A DNA stretch of 53,783 nt from an uncultured Candidatus Saccharibacteria bacterium (GCA_964403865.1 CAYOHS010000001.1:1-53783), one strand, 5' to 3'. Positions 16,320 to 25,749 are shown, counted from the stretch's first letter. A program made the numbers and translations. The notes: generated by a model not told the origin, from the sequence alone.

Positions 16320-18131
16320 ATGCTCCTCCTCGCCATATCGCTGCTTGCCGGACTCCTCACGGTGCTCGCACCATGCACCATCTCGCTCTTGCCGGTCATC
16401 GTCGGCGGGACGCTTTCGGGCGGGAGCAGTACCCGCCGTGTCGTCGTGGTGACTCTGAGCCTCGGTGTCTCGGTCATCGCGTTCACGCTCTTGCTCAAGG
16501 CATCGACCGCGCTCATCAATGTGCCGCAGACGTTCTGGCAAGGCCTTTCGGGCGTCATCATCATCGCGCTGGGAATCGCGATGATATTCCCGCGTTTGTG
16601 GGACGCGATACCGTTTCTGAATTCACTCAATAAGGAATCCAACAAGGCACTCGCTGTCGGGTATCAGAAGCAGAACATAGCAGGGGACATTCTCACCGGC
16701 GCTGCGCTCGGTCCGGTCTTCTCGAGCTGCAGTCCGACCTATTTCCTCATCCTTGCGACGGTACTGCCGCGTAGCATCCCCGAAGGCATCATCTATCTGC
16801 TCGCGTATTCCATCGGCTTATGCGGAGGACTCTTCGTCGTCGCGCTCGCGGGTCAGAAACTCCTCGCCTGGCTCGGTGTCGCGAGCGACCCGAATGGCTG
16901 GCTGAAGCGTGTCGTGGGCGTGCTGTTCCTGGCGCTCGGACTCGCGATATTCTTCGGCTACGACAAGGTCGCGGAAGCATGGGCGACAGAGCATTTCTTC
17001 GACGTGACGACGATCGAACAGAAGCTCTTGGCCGCTCAGGCGACCCCTGCCCCTATGCCGCCTCCTCAAACGCCGATCGCGACCACCTCCGATGCGATGA
17101 CTGCGACGAGCACCGGAGTCGCACCGATAGCACCGGCGAAGGTCTCAGCGAGCGATGCCGCTCGTGCTGCGACGAAGGCACTCTCATTCCCGAAGGCACC
17201 AGAGATCACTAAGCCGAGCGGATTCGTCAACACGGGAGGCACGCCTATCACCATCGGGCAGTTCAAGGGAAAGAAGATCGTACTCATCGATTTCTGGACT
17301 TACAGCTGTATCAATTGTCAGCGGACGCTGCCGTACATGAAAGCGTGGGACGACAAATATCGTGATCTCGGGCTCGAGATCATCGGCATCCATACCCCAG
17401 AGTTCGCGTTCGAACATCTGCAGAGCAATGTCGACACGGCGGTCAAGGGGTTTGGTCTCAAGTACGCGTCGATCTTGGACAACGATTACGGTACCTGGAA
17501 CGCGTTCGGGAATTCGTATTGGCCGCGCAAATATCTCATCGATATCGATGGCTATATCGTCTACGATCACGCCGGAGAAGGGAATTACGACGATACCGAA
17601 CGTGCCATCCAGAAAGCGCTTCAGGAACGTGCGGACGTATTAGGAACTGGGCAGAAGATCCCGACCGACCTCGTGAATCCGAAAGCGCAGACCGCGCAGG
17701 CGGGAAGTCCAGAGACGTATTTCGGCTCCTCGCGCAATGAATATCTGGCCAATGGCAATCCCTTCATGAGCGGCACGCAGTCGCTCACCATCCCGCAGGA
17801 CATCAGTCTCAATAAGCTGTATCTGGGTGGGGTGTGGAACTTCTCTCCAGAATTCGCGCAAGCCTCAGAAGGCGCACGTATCCAGTTCCATTACGCCGCA
17901 AAGGCCGTCTACTTTGTCGCGTCGTCCGAGGTCGGGGCGACGGTACACGTCTTCATCGACGGCACGCCGATACCTGCGAATATGAGCGGAGACGATGTGC
18001 TCGATGCCACAGCGACCATCCACGGCAATCGGCTCTACAAGATCGTCGAAGATAGTGCACCAGCCGTGCACACGCTTGAGATACGTGTCGACAAGGGGAC
18101 ACTGGATGCTTATACCTTTACTTTCGGTTGA
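16320..18131 (+). CDS. CcdA-type membrane thiol-reductant transporter fused to a thioredoxin-like domain and a C-terminal beta-sandwich domain (DipZ-like)
   Basis: N-terminal polytopic domain with Cys in TM1 (LAPCTISLLP) and TM4 (SSCSPTYF). Periplasmic domain with DFWTYSCINCQRTLPY. The C-terminal domain ends TLEIRVDKGTLDAYTFTFG, as in the mycobacterial DipZ architecture. Confidence 0.85.
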   Translation: MLLLAISLLAGLLTVLAPCTISLLPVIVGGTLSGGSSTRRVVVVTLSLGVSVIAFTLLLKASTALINVPQTFWQGLSGVIIIALGIAMIFPRLWDAIPFLNSLNKESNKALAVGYQKQNIAGDILTGAALGPVFSSCSPTYFLILATVLPRSIPEGIIYLLAYSIGLCGGLFVVALAGQKLLAWLGVASDPNGWLKRVVGVLFLALGLAIFFGYDKVAEAWATEHFFDVTTIEQKLLAAQATPAPMPPPQTPIATTSDAMTATSTGVAPIAPAKVSASDAARAATKALSFPKAPEITKPSGFVNTGGTPITIGQFKGKKIVLIDFWTYSCINCQRTLPYMKAWDDKYRDLGLEIIGIHTPEFAFEHLQSNVDTAVKGFGLKYASILDNDYGTWNAFGNSYWPRKYLIDIDGYIVYDHAGEGNYDDTERAIQKALQERADVLGTGQKIPTDLVNPKAQTAQAGSPETYFGSSRNEYLANGNPFMSGTQSLTIPQDISLNKLYLGGVWNFSPEFAQASEGARIQFHYAAKAVYFVASSEVGATVHVFIDGTPIPANMSGDDVLDATATIHGNRLYKIVEDSAPAVHTLEIRVDKGTLDAYTFTFG

Positions 18132-18132
18132 T

Positions 18133-18675
18133 ATGGAAACAGCAGTATTCGGGGGCGGATGTTTCTGGTGCACGGAGGCGGTCTTCAAGATGCTCAAGGG
18201 TGTCTCGAGCGTCGAGCCGGGCTATGCGGGAGGCAGGACGGAGAATCCTACCTATGAGGATGTGTGTCAGGGCAACACGGGGCATGTCGAAGTCGTGGAA
18301 GTAATATACGACCCGTCGCAGGTATCGTACCGGACTCTGCTCACGATCTTCTTTGCGAGCCATGATCCGACGACCATGGATCGGCAGGGGAATGATGTCG
18401 GCACGCAGTATCGCTCGGTCGTCTTCTATACGACACCGGCGCAGCGCGCAGAGGCCGAGCAGTTCATCCAGGAGCTCAATGATTCGAGCCATGATGGCGA
18501 GCCCATCGTTACGGGTGTCGAGCCCCTCGAGAAGTTTTACCAGGCCGAGGACTATCATCGCGATTACTATGCACGCAACAAGAGTGCAGGCTACTGCCAG
18601 CTCGTGATCAATCCGAAGCTCGAGAAGGTCAAAGAGAAGTTTGCAGAACTCTTACAAGAACAACACGACCACTGA
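18133..18675 (+). CDS. msrA: Peptide-methionine (S)-S-oxide reductase MsrA
   Basis: AVFGGGCFWCTEAVF, GHVEVVEV, YRSVVFY and DYHRDYY. It starts 2 nt after the upstream stop codon. Confidence 0.95.
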   Translation: METAVFGGGCFWCTEAVFKMLKGVSSVEPGYAGGRTENPTYEDVCQGNTGHVEVVEVIYDPSQVSYRTLLTIFFASHDPTTMDRQGNDVGTQYRSVVFYTTPAQRAEAEQFIQELNDSSHDGEPIVTGVEPLEKFYQAEDYHRDYYARNKSAGYCQLVINPKLEKVKEKFAELLQEQHDH

Positions 18676-18676
18676 T

Positions 18677-19093
18677 ATGAACGATGACACATCGCACGAT
18701 GAGAATGTCTGGAAGGAGAAGCTGACTCTGGAAGAATACAAAGTGCTTCGCGAAGGCGGGACGGAAGCCCCGTTCTCAGGCGAGTACTACAAGAAGGAAG
18801 TCGACGGCATGTACCACTGCAAGGCATGTGGTGCCGCGTTGTTCTCGACCGATCACCAGCTCGATTCACGCGAGAGCGATCCAGGATTGCAGGGATGGCC
18901 GTCGTTCTCCGATCCTGCGGTATCGGAAAACATCGGGCTTCGCCCTGATGATTCGCTCGGTATGCGCCGGACGGAAGTCTTCTGCAAGAAGTGCGGCTCG
19001 CACCTCGGCCACGTGTTTGATGAGGAAGTGAAGGGCGAGCAGCGCAAGCACTACTGTATCAACTCGGTGTGTCTCAATCTGGAAGAAAAATAA
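18677..19093 (+). CDS. msrB: Peptide-methionine (R)-S-oxide reductase MsrB
   Basis: TEAPFSGEYY, YHCKACGAALF, CKKCGSHLGHVF and HYCINSVCL (SelR domain with a zinc CxxC pair). Confidence 0.95.
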   Translation: MNDDTSHDENVWKEKLTLEEYKVLREGGTEAPFSGEYYKKEVDGMYHCKACGAALFSTDHQLDSRESDPGLQGWPSFSDPAVSENIGLRPDDSLGMRRTEVFCKKCGSHLGHVFDEEVKGEQRKHYCINSVCLNLEEK

Positions 19094-19102
19094 AAACGAG
19101 AC

Positions 19103-19128
19103 GGGTGCAGCGGGGGGACGCTGCACCC
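19103..19128. terminator. Bidirectional terminator hairpin (GGGTGCAGCG-ggggga-CGCTGCACCC) between convergent genes
   Basis: 10-bp GC-rich stem. The minus-strand reading is followed by GUCUCGUUUUUA. Confidence 0.6.
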
Positions 19129-19135
19129 GAATAGG

Positions 19136-19438
19136 TCAGAAGATCGGAAGGCGTAGTTGGACCGGTCGCACCAGCCTGAGTTCGACAGGCGGCACTGGCA
19201 GATGCATCTTCGCGCGATGGGTGAGTATCGCACGAAGCGCTGCCTTGCGCGCGATCGCCAAGAGACGAGCATCGAGGGGGATGGACTCGTTTCGGCGATT
19301 CATGCGGCCCCGTTTTACTTCCACTACGTTCTGTTGCAGCGGTCGCTTCCACGTCTCAAGGCGAAACGTGAGGTACACGCCGTTGGCGAGCACAACTTCG
19401 GCCTCTGCGCAGTCCGACCTGCGTATCGATCCGTACAT
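19136..19438 (-). CDS. Hypothetical basic 100-aa protein
   Basis: The ATG is preceded by AAAGGAG with a 7-nt spacer, and a terminator lies downstream. The overlapping + strand ORF has no such signals. Confidence 0.55.
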   Translation of the reverse strand: MYGSIRRSDCAEAEVVLANGVYLTFRLETWKRPLQQNVVEVKRGRMNRRNESIPLDARLLAIARKAALRAILTHRAKMHLPVPPVELRLVRPVQLRLPIF

Positions 19439-19572
19439 TGAGAGCTCCTTTTGTGGGATCTACTCCGTACGCGACATACGCAACTAATACTCGGAATATT
19501 ATAATACAATTCTACAAAAAAGCAATACTTGCGCTATTTTTTCCTCAGAAGATCGGTCTGTCAGCAGGCGCC

Positions 19573-21096
19573 ATGTATACTATCCGCATGAACCGGACAA
19601 CTATCTCCTTTATCACTGCGGCGTTCGCGATACTTCCATTCGCGGTTTCCGCTGCTTCCGTCGCGCTCACGACTCCGGTCCCCTCTGCGACCATCATGGC
19701 GGCGAGCAACGTCACGTTCTCGGTCGTCCCGACCGACATCTCGTACCCGATCTACGGCTTGCAGGATTCGTTCGCAAACTCAAGCGCATCGGTGAACAAT
19801 ATCGAGCCAGGTGGACGCTTCTCCTGGACACCAGGACCGAGTGATGTCGGTACGCATGTACTCACATTTACGGCATCCGGAAGCGATAGTTCCGCGAGCG
19901 TGACGCAGACCATCATCGTCCTACCACCGCCCACTATGTCCATCGGGGCGCTCTCTCCGGGCAGTACTGTCATGCCCGGTTCGCCGCTGACGTTCGTCGT
20001 CACAGCGAAAGGGTTCACGAATCCGATATTCACAGCCGGAGGATTTCCTGCTAATCCTTCCGTGGCGACGAACGGGATCGACTCGACTGGTCATTTTTCT
20101 TGGACGCCGACGCTTTCTGATCTCGGCGATTACACGATCACCGTCTATGTCTCTGATGCGCTCGGTCACAATGCCTCGAAATCCGTGTCTGTGCATGTCG
20201 GCAAAGGGCCGTCCCTTGCGATCGCACAGCTGACTCCGGGCTCGAGCGTCTCGCCAGGGCAGTTGCTGACCTTTATCGCAAATCCGAGCGACTTTTTGCC
20301 GACGGGCTTTTCGGTGCGTGATTCGTTCCCCGGCACGGCTTCGAGTAACAACATCAACCTCTCCGGCCAATTCTCGTGGTCACCGGCCTCGAGTGATGTC
20401 GGTGTGCATGTCCTCACCGTCACAGGAGTCGTCGGGGCATACGGCGCGAGCGCGAGCACGACCCTGAAGATCACGGTATTGGGACCCGGTGGTGTCGCGC
20501 CGGTCGCTGCGACGACGACCGGTTCATCGGATACGCTGGCTGCATTACAGGCAAAGCTCGCGTCCTTACAGGGAGCACTTGCTACTCAGTCGGCAGCGAG
20601 TACGCACGAGAGTGGCAGCGGGTCATTCACGACCTACCTACGTCCGGGCTCGACCGGAGATGAGGTCATGCATCTCCAGCAGGTACTCGCACAGCTCGGA
20701 TTCTTCTCAGCGACACCAAACGGAACCTATGGTCCTGCCACCACCAAGGCCGTGATGAAGTTCCAGGCGGCGCACGGCTTAGATCAACTCGGTGTCGTCG
20801 GTCCCTCGACACGTGCTGCGTTGAACGCGCTCGGGACGGGTGCCGCTTCTGGTATCCCGACGCCAGTTGCCCAGACAAATACGTACGTGTTCGAGCATTT
20901 TATGGGGATCGGGGATGACGACCCGGATGTCCTCCAATTGCAGCAGCGGCTTACCGCGCTGGGATTCTATACTGGCGAGATGACGGGCTATTACGGGGTG
21001 GCGACAGAGGCAGCCGTGAAGAAATTCCAGACGGCTCGCGGGATCAGCGTCACCGGTTACGTCGCACGCGAGACGCGTGCCGTGCTCAATAAATGA
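19573..21096 (+). CDS. Secreted protein with four Ig-like (He_PIG-like) repeats and two C-terminal peptidoglycan-binding (PG_binding_1) domains
   Basis: Signal peptide MYTIRMNRTTISFITAAFAILPFAVSAAS. Repeated blocks GRFSWTPGPSDVGTHVLTFTA, GHFSWTPTLSDLGDYTITVYV and GQFSWSPASSDVGVHVLTVTG. Two PG-binding units (GDEVMHLQQVLAQLGFF...KFQAAHGL and PDVLQLQQRLTALGFY...KFQTARGI). Confidence 0.85.
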   Translation: MYTIRMNRTTISFITAAFAILPFAVSAASVALTTPVPSATIMAASNVTFSVVPTDISYPIYGLQDSFANSSASVNNIEPGGRFSWTPGPSDVGTHVLTFTASGSDSSASVTQTIIVLPPPTMSIGALSPGSTVMPGSPLTFVVTAKGFTNPIFTAGGFPANPSVATNGIDSTGHFSWTPTLSDLGDYTITVYVSDALGHNASKSVSVHVGKGPSLAIAQLTPGSSVSPGQLLTFIANPSDFLPTGFSVRDSFPGTASSNNINLSGQFSWSPASSDVGVHVLTVTGVVGAYGASASTTLKITVLGPGGVAPVAATTTGSSDTLAALQAKLASLQGALATQSAASTHESGSGSFTTYLRPGSTGDEVMHLQQVLAQLGFFSATPNGTYGPATTKAVMKFQAAHGLDQLGVVGPSTRAALNALGTGAASGIPTPVAQTNTYVFEHFMGIGDDDPDVLQLQQRLTALGFYTGEMTGYYGVATEAAVKKFQTARGISVTGYVARETRAVLNK

Positions 21097-21154
21097 ACAT
21101 AGGGCTGGTGGGGGACCATGTACTTTCCCGCTGCCGGGAGTATTATCTTCGTAT

Positions 21155-21709
21155 ATGAACAAGACACTTCTCGTGGTTGTGGCAGCGGTAGTCGTTATCG
21201 GCTTGTATGGGGCGTCGGTCTACAACGGCCTCGTACGTACTAATGAGGGTGTCGATGCACAGTGGGCACAGGTAGAGACGCAGTACCAGCGTCGCTTCGA
21301 CCTTATCCCGAATCTCGTCGCGAGCGTGCAGGGCGCGATGAAGCAGGAGAAGGACGTGTTTACTGCACTTGCCGATGCGCGCGCACATTATGCCGGAGCA
21401 CAGAGCGTCGACGACAAAGCCGCCGCCGCCGGACAGGTAGAGACCGCCTTCGGCCGCCTCCTGGCTATCATGGAGAATTACCCTCAGCTCAAGTCTGTCG
21501 ACACGGTGCAGAGTCTGATGGCGGAGATATCCGGTACAGAGAACCGCATCTCGGTCGAGCGCATGCGCTACAACGAGATGGTGCGTGATTACAACATCGG
21601 CGTGAAGACGTTCCCGCGCTCACTCATGGCGTCTCTCTTCGGGTTCCATGCGCGCACCATGTTCGAGGCCGCCACCGGCGCGGAGACCGCTCCCAAGGTC
21701 CAGATATAG
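21155..21709 (+). CDS. lemA: LemA family membrane protein
   Basis: N-terminal TM followed by YNGLVRTNEGVDAQWAQVETQYQRRFDLIPNLV and YPQLKS...ENRISVERMRYNE. Confidence 0.9.
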   Translation: MNKTLLVVVAAVVVIGLYGASVYNGLVRTNEGVDAQWAQVETQYQRRFDLIPNLVASVQGAMKQEKDVFTALADARAHYAGAQSVDDKAAAAGQVETAFGRLLAIMENYPQLKSVDTVQSLMAEISGTENRISVERMRYNEMVRDYNIGVKTFPRSLMASLFGFHARTMFEAATGAETAPKVQI

Positions 21710-21712
21710 CGT

Positions 21713-22585
21713 ATGCGCCGCGTTGCACTCTTTGCAGCGCTCGCGGTAGCGATGCCGCTCATCACGTGCGCGCAGGTATTGCCCGATGCACCGGAAGGAT
21801 ACGTGACCGACGCGGCACATGTGCTTTCAGATGCCACGCGCGTTTCGCTCGAATCTGAACTCGCCGCGCTCGACGCGTCGACGACCGAACAGATAGCCGT
21901 CGTCACCGTCCCCGATATGGGCGGGGATTATATCGAACATTACGCCGCTGGTCTCTTTCAGAAGTGGGGCATCGGACAGGCAAAGCAAGATGACGGGGTG
22001 CTGCTCCTGCTCTCTATCGACGACCACAAGCTCCGCATCGAAGTCGGGTATGGTCTCGAGGGTGCGCTGCCCGATAGTGTCGCCAACAGCATCATCCAAG
22101 ACGACATGGTGCCCTTGCTCAAGGTGGGAGATTACGATGGTGCGGTGCAGAAGGGTGTCGACGATATCGTCGCTGCCATCAGAGGTGAGTACGCAGCACC
22201 TGCAAGTGTCGATAGTGCATCGTCGATAGACCCGGAGACGATCCTCTTCTTATTATTCTTCGCGATCCCGTGGCTCGCCGCGATATTCGGCAGCAGCAAA
22301 TCGTGGTGGCTCGGCGGCGTGGTCGGCGGTGTCGTGGGCGTCGCGCTCTCGACCTTCCTCGGCTGGTGGATGCTGGGCGGCGCTATCCTGACGACGAATC
22401 TGGTGATATTCGGTCTGATATTCGATTACCTCGCCTCGCAGAATGCAGGACGTATCTCTCGTGGTGGCACCGCAGGTCCTTGGTGGACCGGTGGTGGGGG
22501 TTTCGGCGGCAGCTCTTCATCTGGCGGCTTTGGAGGATTCGGTGGCGGATCGTCCGGTGGCGGTGGCGCATCCGGCGGATGGTAG
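21713..22585 (+). CDS. TPM-domain (YgcG-like) membrane protein with a Gly-rich C-terminal tail
   Basis: YVTDAAHVLS...EQIAVVTVPDMGG...DDGVLLLLSIDDHKLRIEVGYGLEGALPD, then TM helices, then a GGGGFGGSSSSGGFGGFGGGSSGGGGASGGW tail. LemA-TPM adjacency is typical. Confidence 0.9.
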   Translation: MRRVALFAALAVAMPLITCAQVLPDAPEGYVTDAAHVLSDATRVSLESELAALDASTTEQIAVVTVPDMGGDYIEHYAAGLFQKWGIGQAKQDDGVLLLLSIDDHKLRIEVGYGLEGALPDSVANSIIQDDMVPLLKVGDYDGAVQKGVDDIVAAIRGEYAAPASVDSASSIDPETILFLLFFAIPWLAAIFGSSKSWWLGGVVGGVVGVALSTFLGWWMLGGAILTTNLVIFGLIFDYLASQNAGRISRGGTAGPWWTGGGGFGGSSSSGGFGGFGGGSSGGGGASGGW

Positions 22586-22586
22586 A

Positions 22587-22985
22587 ATGTCCCTGATGCA
22601 TTACCTGCACAAGATCGTCTATTTCTTCGATAAGCTCGAAGATCGCGTTCGTGCCCGACTCAGTCGGACGCCGATACTCTATGCGTTTGTCGGAGCCGTC
22701 GGCATCATCCTCGTATGGAAGGGGGTCTGGGAAGTGGCGGAATACTTTACGATCCTCGACGGCGTCGGCTCGATAGTCCTGGGCACCGTCATCCTCCTGA
22801 TGACCGGACTCATGGTTTCGTTCTTCATCGGCGACACCATCATCATCTCTGGCCTCAAGCGTGAGAAGAAGATAGCCGACAAGACTGAGAAGGAAGTGCG
22901 CACCGAAGAGGATGTGCTGGTCGATGTGGAGCGCAAGCTGGCGGATCTCGAGCGCGAGGTAGGGGAGATACAGGAGAAGCTCTAG
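22587..22985 (+). CDS. Small membrane protein with a C-terminal charged coiled-coil
   Basis: Starts 2 nt after the TPM gene's stop codon. Two TM helices (LYAFVGAVGIILVWKGVW and IVLGTVILLMTGLMVSFFIG), then KREKKIADKTEKEVRTEEDVLVDVERKLADLEREVGEIQEKL. Confidence 0.65.
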   Translation: MSLMHYLHKIVYFFDKLEDRVRARLSRTPILYAFVGAVGIILVWKGVWEVAEYFTILDGVGSIVLGTVILLMTGLMVSFFIGDTIIISGLKREKKIADKTEKEVRTEEDVLVDVERKLADLEREVGEIQEKL

Positions 22986-23024
22986 CAGCTGGCCCTCCGG
23001 CGGTTTTGGCGCTAGGATATCATC

Positions 23025-24551
23025 GTGTTGACACAACCCGTCCAAGAGCTGGCTGAGCGCGTCTCGGCCCTCATAGAGGATACACACGGCGAGCATGAGA
23101 CACCGCTCGAGATCAACGATGTCGTGAGTGCGGTGGCCGGCTCGTACGAGAAGCTCCGCTATCTCCTCGAATATCGCGAAGAGCACACCGTGCGCCGTGC
23201 TGCTATCGAACGCGTACTTCGCCGCCGCCTCATGCTCGAGGGCCAAGCGTTCGACGGAGTCCGATTCTCGCGCGAGCTCGTCGAAGCAAAGCATCTGGCT
23301 GCCGAGAAGGCCACCGAGGAATTCGCGCACGAGAGCGCGCGCATCGTCTCGCGATTCGAATCTCTCGCGGCGCGTGCAGGCGAGGAGTACCGTCGGCGGC
23401 TCTTGAGCTTCGCCGCTTCCGAGATAGACGCGCTTCTGAATCCGCGCGAGATCGCGCTCGACGTGAGTGTCGTCGACGCGATGTACAAGACATTACGACC
23501 GCATATCAGCGCCTACGGCTATACGGCACAAGAGATCGACACGCAGCTTTTCTGCGCGTGTCGCAGAGCGCTCTTGAATGCCGATGACGAGGCCTTGGGG
23601 TACGCGCTCTGGCTCGCCTACGTGCCTGAGTGGCGCACCGAGGGCGCAGACGACGAGGCACTCTCGCATGCAGTACCGGGCATCATCTCTGCGATACGAC
23701 GCGACGTGAAGCACAGCTTGCAATGGCTGATCGTGCCGCGCATCAAGCGAGAGAGCATCTCGTTCCGCATCGTGCGGGGGTATCTCGCCGATTCGCGCCA
23801 TCCCGATCTCGAAGACGAGACGGCTATCGATGAATACGCGCGCTCGTTCCTCTCACGTGTCTACGAGACAGAGCGCGAGCGTATCAAATCGAGCGGCATC
23901 CGCGCCGTCGCATACCTGTTTCTCACCAAGTTCGTCGTCGCGATGGCAGTGGAGGCGCCATATGAATATTTCATCCTCGGCGGTCTCAATTACGTGCCGC
24001 TCATTACCAATCTCGTATTCCATCCCGCGCTCCTCTTCGCGCTTACGCGCAACGTCGGTACGCTCACCGATGCCAATACAGAAGCTGTCGTAGCCGACCT
24101 TCGTGGACTCTTGTATGAGGGTCATGCCCGCACCATAGCGGTGCGTTCGGGATACGGCGGGCTTACGCCATTCTTCGCGATCTTCTACGTACTGCTCATC
24201 CTCGGGGTCTTCGGGGGTATCGTCGGCATCCTGCAAGCACTCGGATTCAATGTCGTCGGCGGGGCCCTGTTCCTCTTCTTCCTCTCGCTCGTCACTTTCT
24301 TCGCGTTCCGCATCCGCATGCGGGCTCAGCGCTGGGTCGTGCTCGAATCCCGTGGGGCACCGGCACTCATCACCAATGCGCTCATCGCCCCGATCGTCCG
24401 CGTCGGGCGCTATCTCTCCCGCACGTTCTCGAGCGTCAACGTGTTCGTGCTCTTTATGGACTTCATCCTCGAGACGCCGTTCAAGATGCTCCTCAATTTC
24501 TCTCACCATTTCCTCATATACCTGAGAGAAAAGGCGAACGAAGTGTATTGA
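23025..24551 (+). CDS. Hypothetical protein with a ~300-aa helical cytoplasmic domain and a C-terminal polytopic membrane domain
   Basis: GTG start 6 nt after TAGGAT (23013-23018). At least five hydrophobic helices lie in the last ~200 aa. No recognisable motif. Confidence 0.7.
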   Translation: MLTQPVQELAERVSALIEDTHGEHETPLEINDVVSAVAGSYEKLRYLLEYREEHTVRRAAIERVLRRRLMLEGQAFDGVRFSRELVEAKHLAAEKATEEFAHESARIVSRFESLAARAGEEYRRRLLSFAASEIDALLNPREIALDVSVVDAMYKTLRPHISAYGYTAQEIDTQLFCACRRALLNADDEALGYALWLAYVPEWRTEGADDEALSHAVPGIISAIRRDVKHSLQWLIVPRIKRESISFRIVRGYLADSRHPDLEDETAIDEYARSFLSRVYETERERIKSSGIRAVAYLFLTKFVVAMAVEAPYEYFILGGLNYVPLITNLVFHPALLFALTRNVGTLTDANTEAVVADLRGLLYEGHARTIAVRSGYGGLTPFFAIFYVLLILGVFGGIVGILQALGFNVVGGALFLFFLSLVTFFAFRIRMRAQRWVVLESRGAPALITNALIAPIVRVGRYLSRTFSSVNVFVLFMDFILETPFKMLLNFSHHFLIYLREKANEVY

Positions 24552-24662
24552 CGTCTGATGAAAGATGTCGTGTCACTGTACGCTGCCGTAATGCGGCGCG
24601 ATCGGTCGCGTTTTGATATACGAGGGTAGGATTCCCTCGGTATAACTAGCAATGCATCTCGT

Positions 24663-25700
24663 ATGCATATCCGCGCCTTCGCGGCATCGCTCTTAGGGGC
24701 CTTGCCATTACTCACGCTCGCTCCAGCACTCGCAAATGCCGATGCACTATCGGTCTCGTGTGCCGGTGTACCGAGCCCGACCGCTATCACCTGGACCGCA
24801 TCGACCACTGGTGGCGTCGCACCGGTCGCCCTCTTGTGGGGTAACGGTGCCACGACCTCGGCCCAGACGCTGAACTACGCACCGGGTCTCCAGTCGATTT
24901 CCCTCCAGGCCACCGACGCGTCTTCGACGGTCGCGACCACGACCTGTAGCGCCAGTGTGGCGTGGCCCAAGCCCGTCATCGCTTCGTTCATCGCTTCGCC
25001 CGCATCCATAACGGCAGGCCAGAGCTCGACGCTCTCCTGGAATGTGACCGGTGCCAGCTCTACTGCGATAAGTGGGCTCGCTGCTTTAACCGGTACGGCG
25101 ACGACCGTTTCGCCGACAGTGACCACGACCTACACGCTGACCGCCGTCAACCCGAGCGGCACCTCTACCGCGTCGGTCACCGTGTCTGTGGCTCCGACGA
25201 CTACGCCACCAGTCGGCAGTATCGCTGCACAGATCCAGGCATTGCTCGCGCAGATCAAGGCGCTTCAGGCTCAGATCCTTCAGCTCGTGAACGCGGTACC
25301 GCCGGTCGCGACATCCACCCCCTCTGGTGGCGGCACGCCGGTGCGATTCTGTTTCGAGTCGACCCGTAATCTCCGTCTCGGAGACAGTGGGGACGATGTA
25401 CGCAAGCTCCAGCAGATCCTCGCTGCAGACCCGAGCCTGTACCCTGAGGGCGTCGCGTCAGGCTTCTTCGGCGCTAAGACACAGAAAGCGCTTGTGCGAT
25501 TCCAGAAGCGATTCGGCCTAGGGACCACGACGGGCGGGTCACTCGATGCGTCTACGCGCGCAGCATTCCACCAGTATTGTGGCAACGGCATCATCACCTC
25601 GGGCAGCGCTTCGTCGACCATAACGATCGGTGTCCCGTCGGGGATCCTCAAGAAGCTCGAGGATGTCCGTGGGCATGGTAAGAACGGACACGACGACTGA
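24663..25700 (+). CDS. Secreted protein with Ig-like repeats, an AQ-rich coiled segment and a peptidoglycan-binding domain
   Basis: Signal peptide ending LAPALANA. A TTTYTLTAVNPSGTSTASVTV beta-sandwich-like repeat, an IAAQIQALLAQIKALQAQILQL segment and GDDVRKLQQILAADPSLYPEG...KALVRFQKRFGL. Confidence 0.85.
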   Translation: MHIRAFAASLLGALPLLTLAPALANADALSVSCAGVPSPTAITWTASTTGGVAPVALLWGNGATTSAQTLNYAPGLQSISLQATDASSTVATTTCSASVAWPKPVIASFIASPASITAGQSSTLSWNVTGASSTAISGLAALTGTATTVSPTVTTTYTLTAVNPSGTSTASVTVSVAPTTTPPVGSIAAQIQALLAQIKALQAQILQLVNAVPPVATSTPSGGGTPVRFCFESTRNLRLGDSGDDVRKLQQILAADPSLYPEGVASGFFGAKTQKALVRFQKRFGLGTTTGGSLDASTRAAFHQYCGNGIITSGSASSTITIGVPSGILKKLEDVRGHGKNGHDD

Positions 25701-25719
25701 TCCGTGAGTGCAGAGTCAG

Positions 25720-25748
25720 GAACCGGCCGCCCGATGGGCGGCCGGTTC
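25720..25748 (+). terminator. GC-rich hairpin (GAACCGGCCGCCC-gat-GGGCGGCCGGTTC)
   Basis: Perfect 13-bp stem 20 nt after the stop codon, with no U-tract (I-shaped). Confidence 0.55.
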
Positions 25749-25749
25749 A

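Noticed and set aside
24617-24645. Imperfect hairpin TATACGAGGG-taggatt-CCCTCGGTATA upstream of the 24663 gene
   Set aside because: It could be a terminator for the 23025-24551 gene or an operator. However, the stem has a bulge, there is no U-tract, and it overlaps plausible -10-like TATAAC/TATA boxes. That is too ambiguous to call as a feature.
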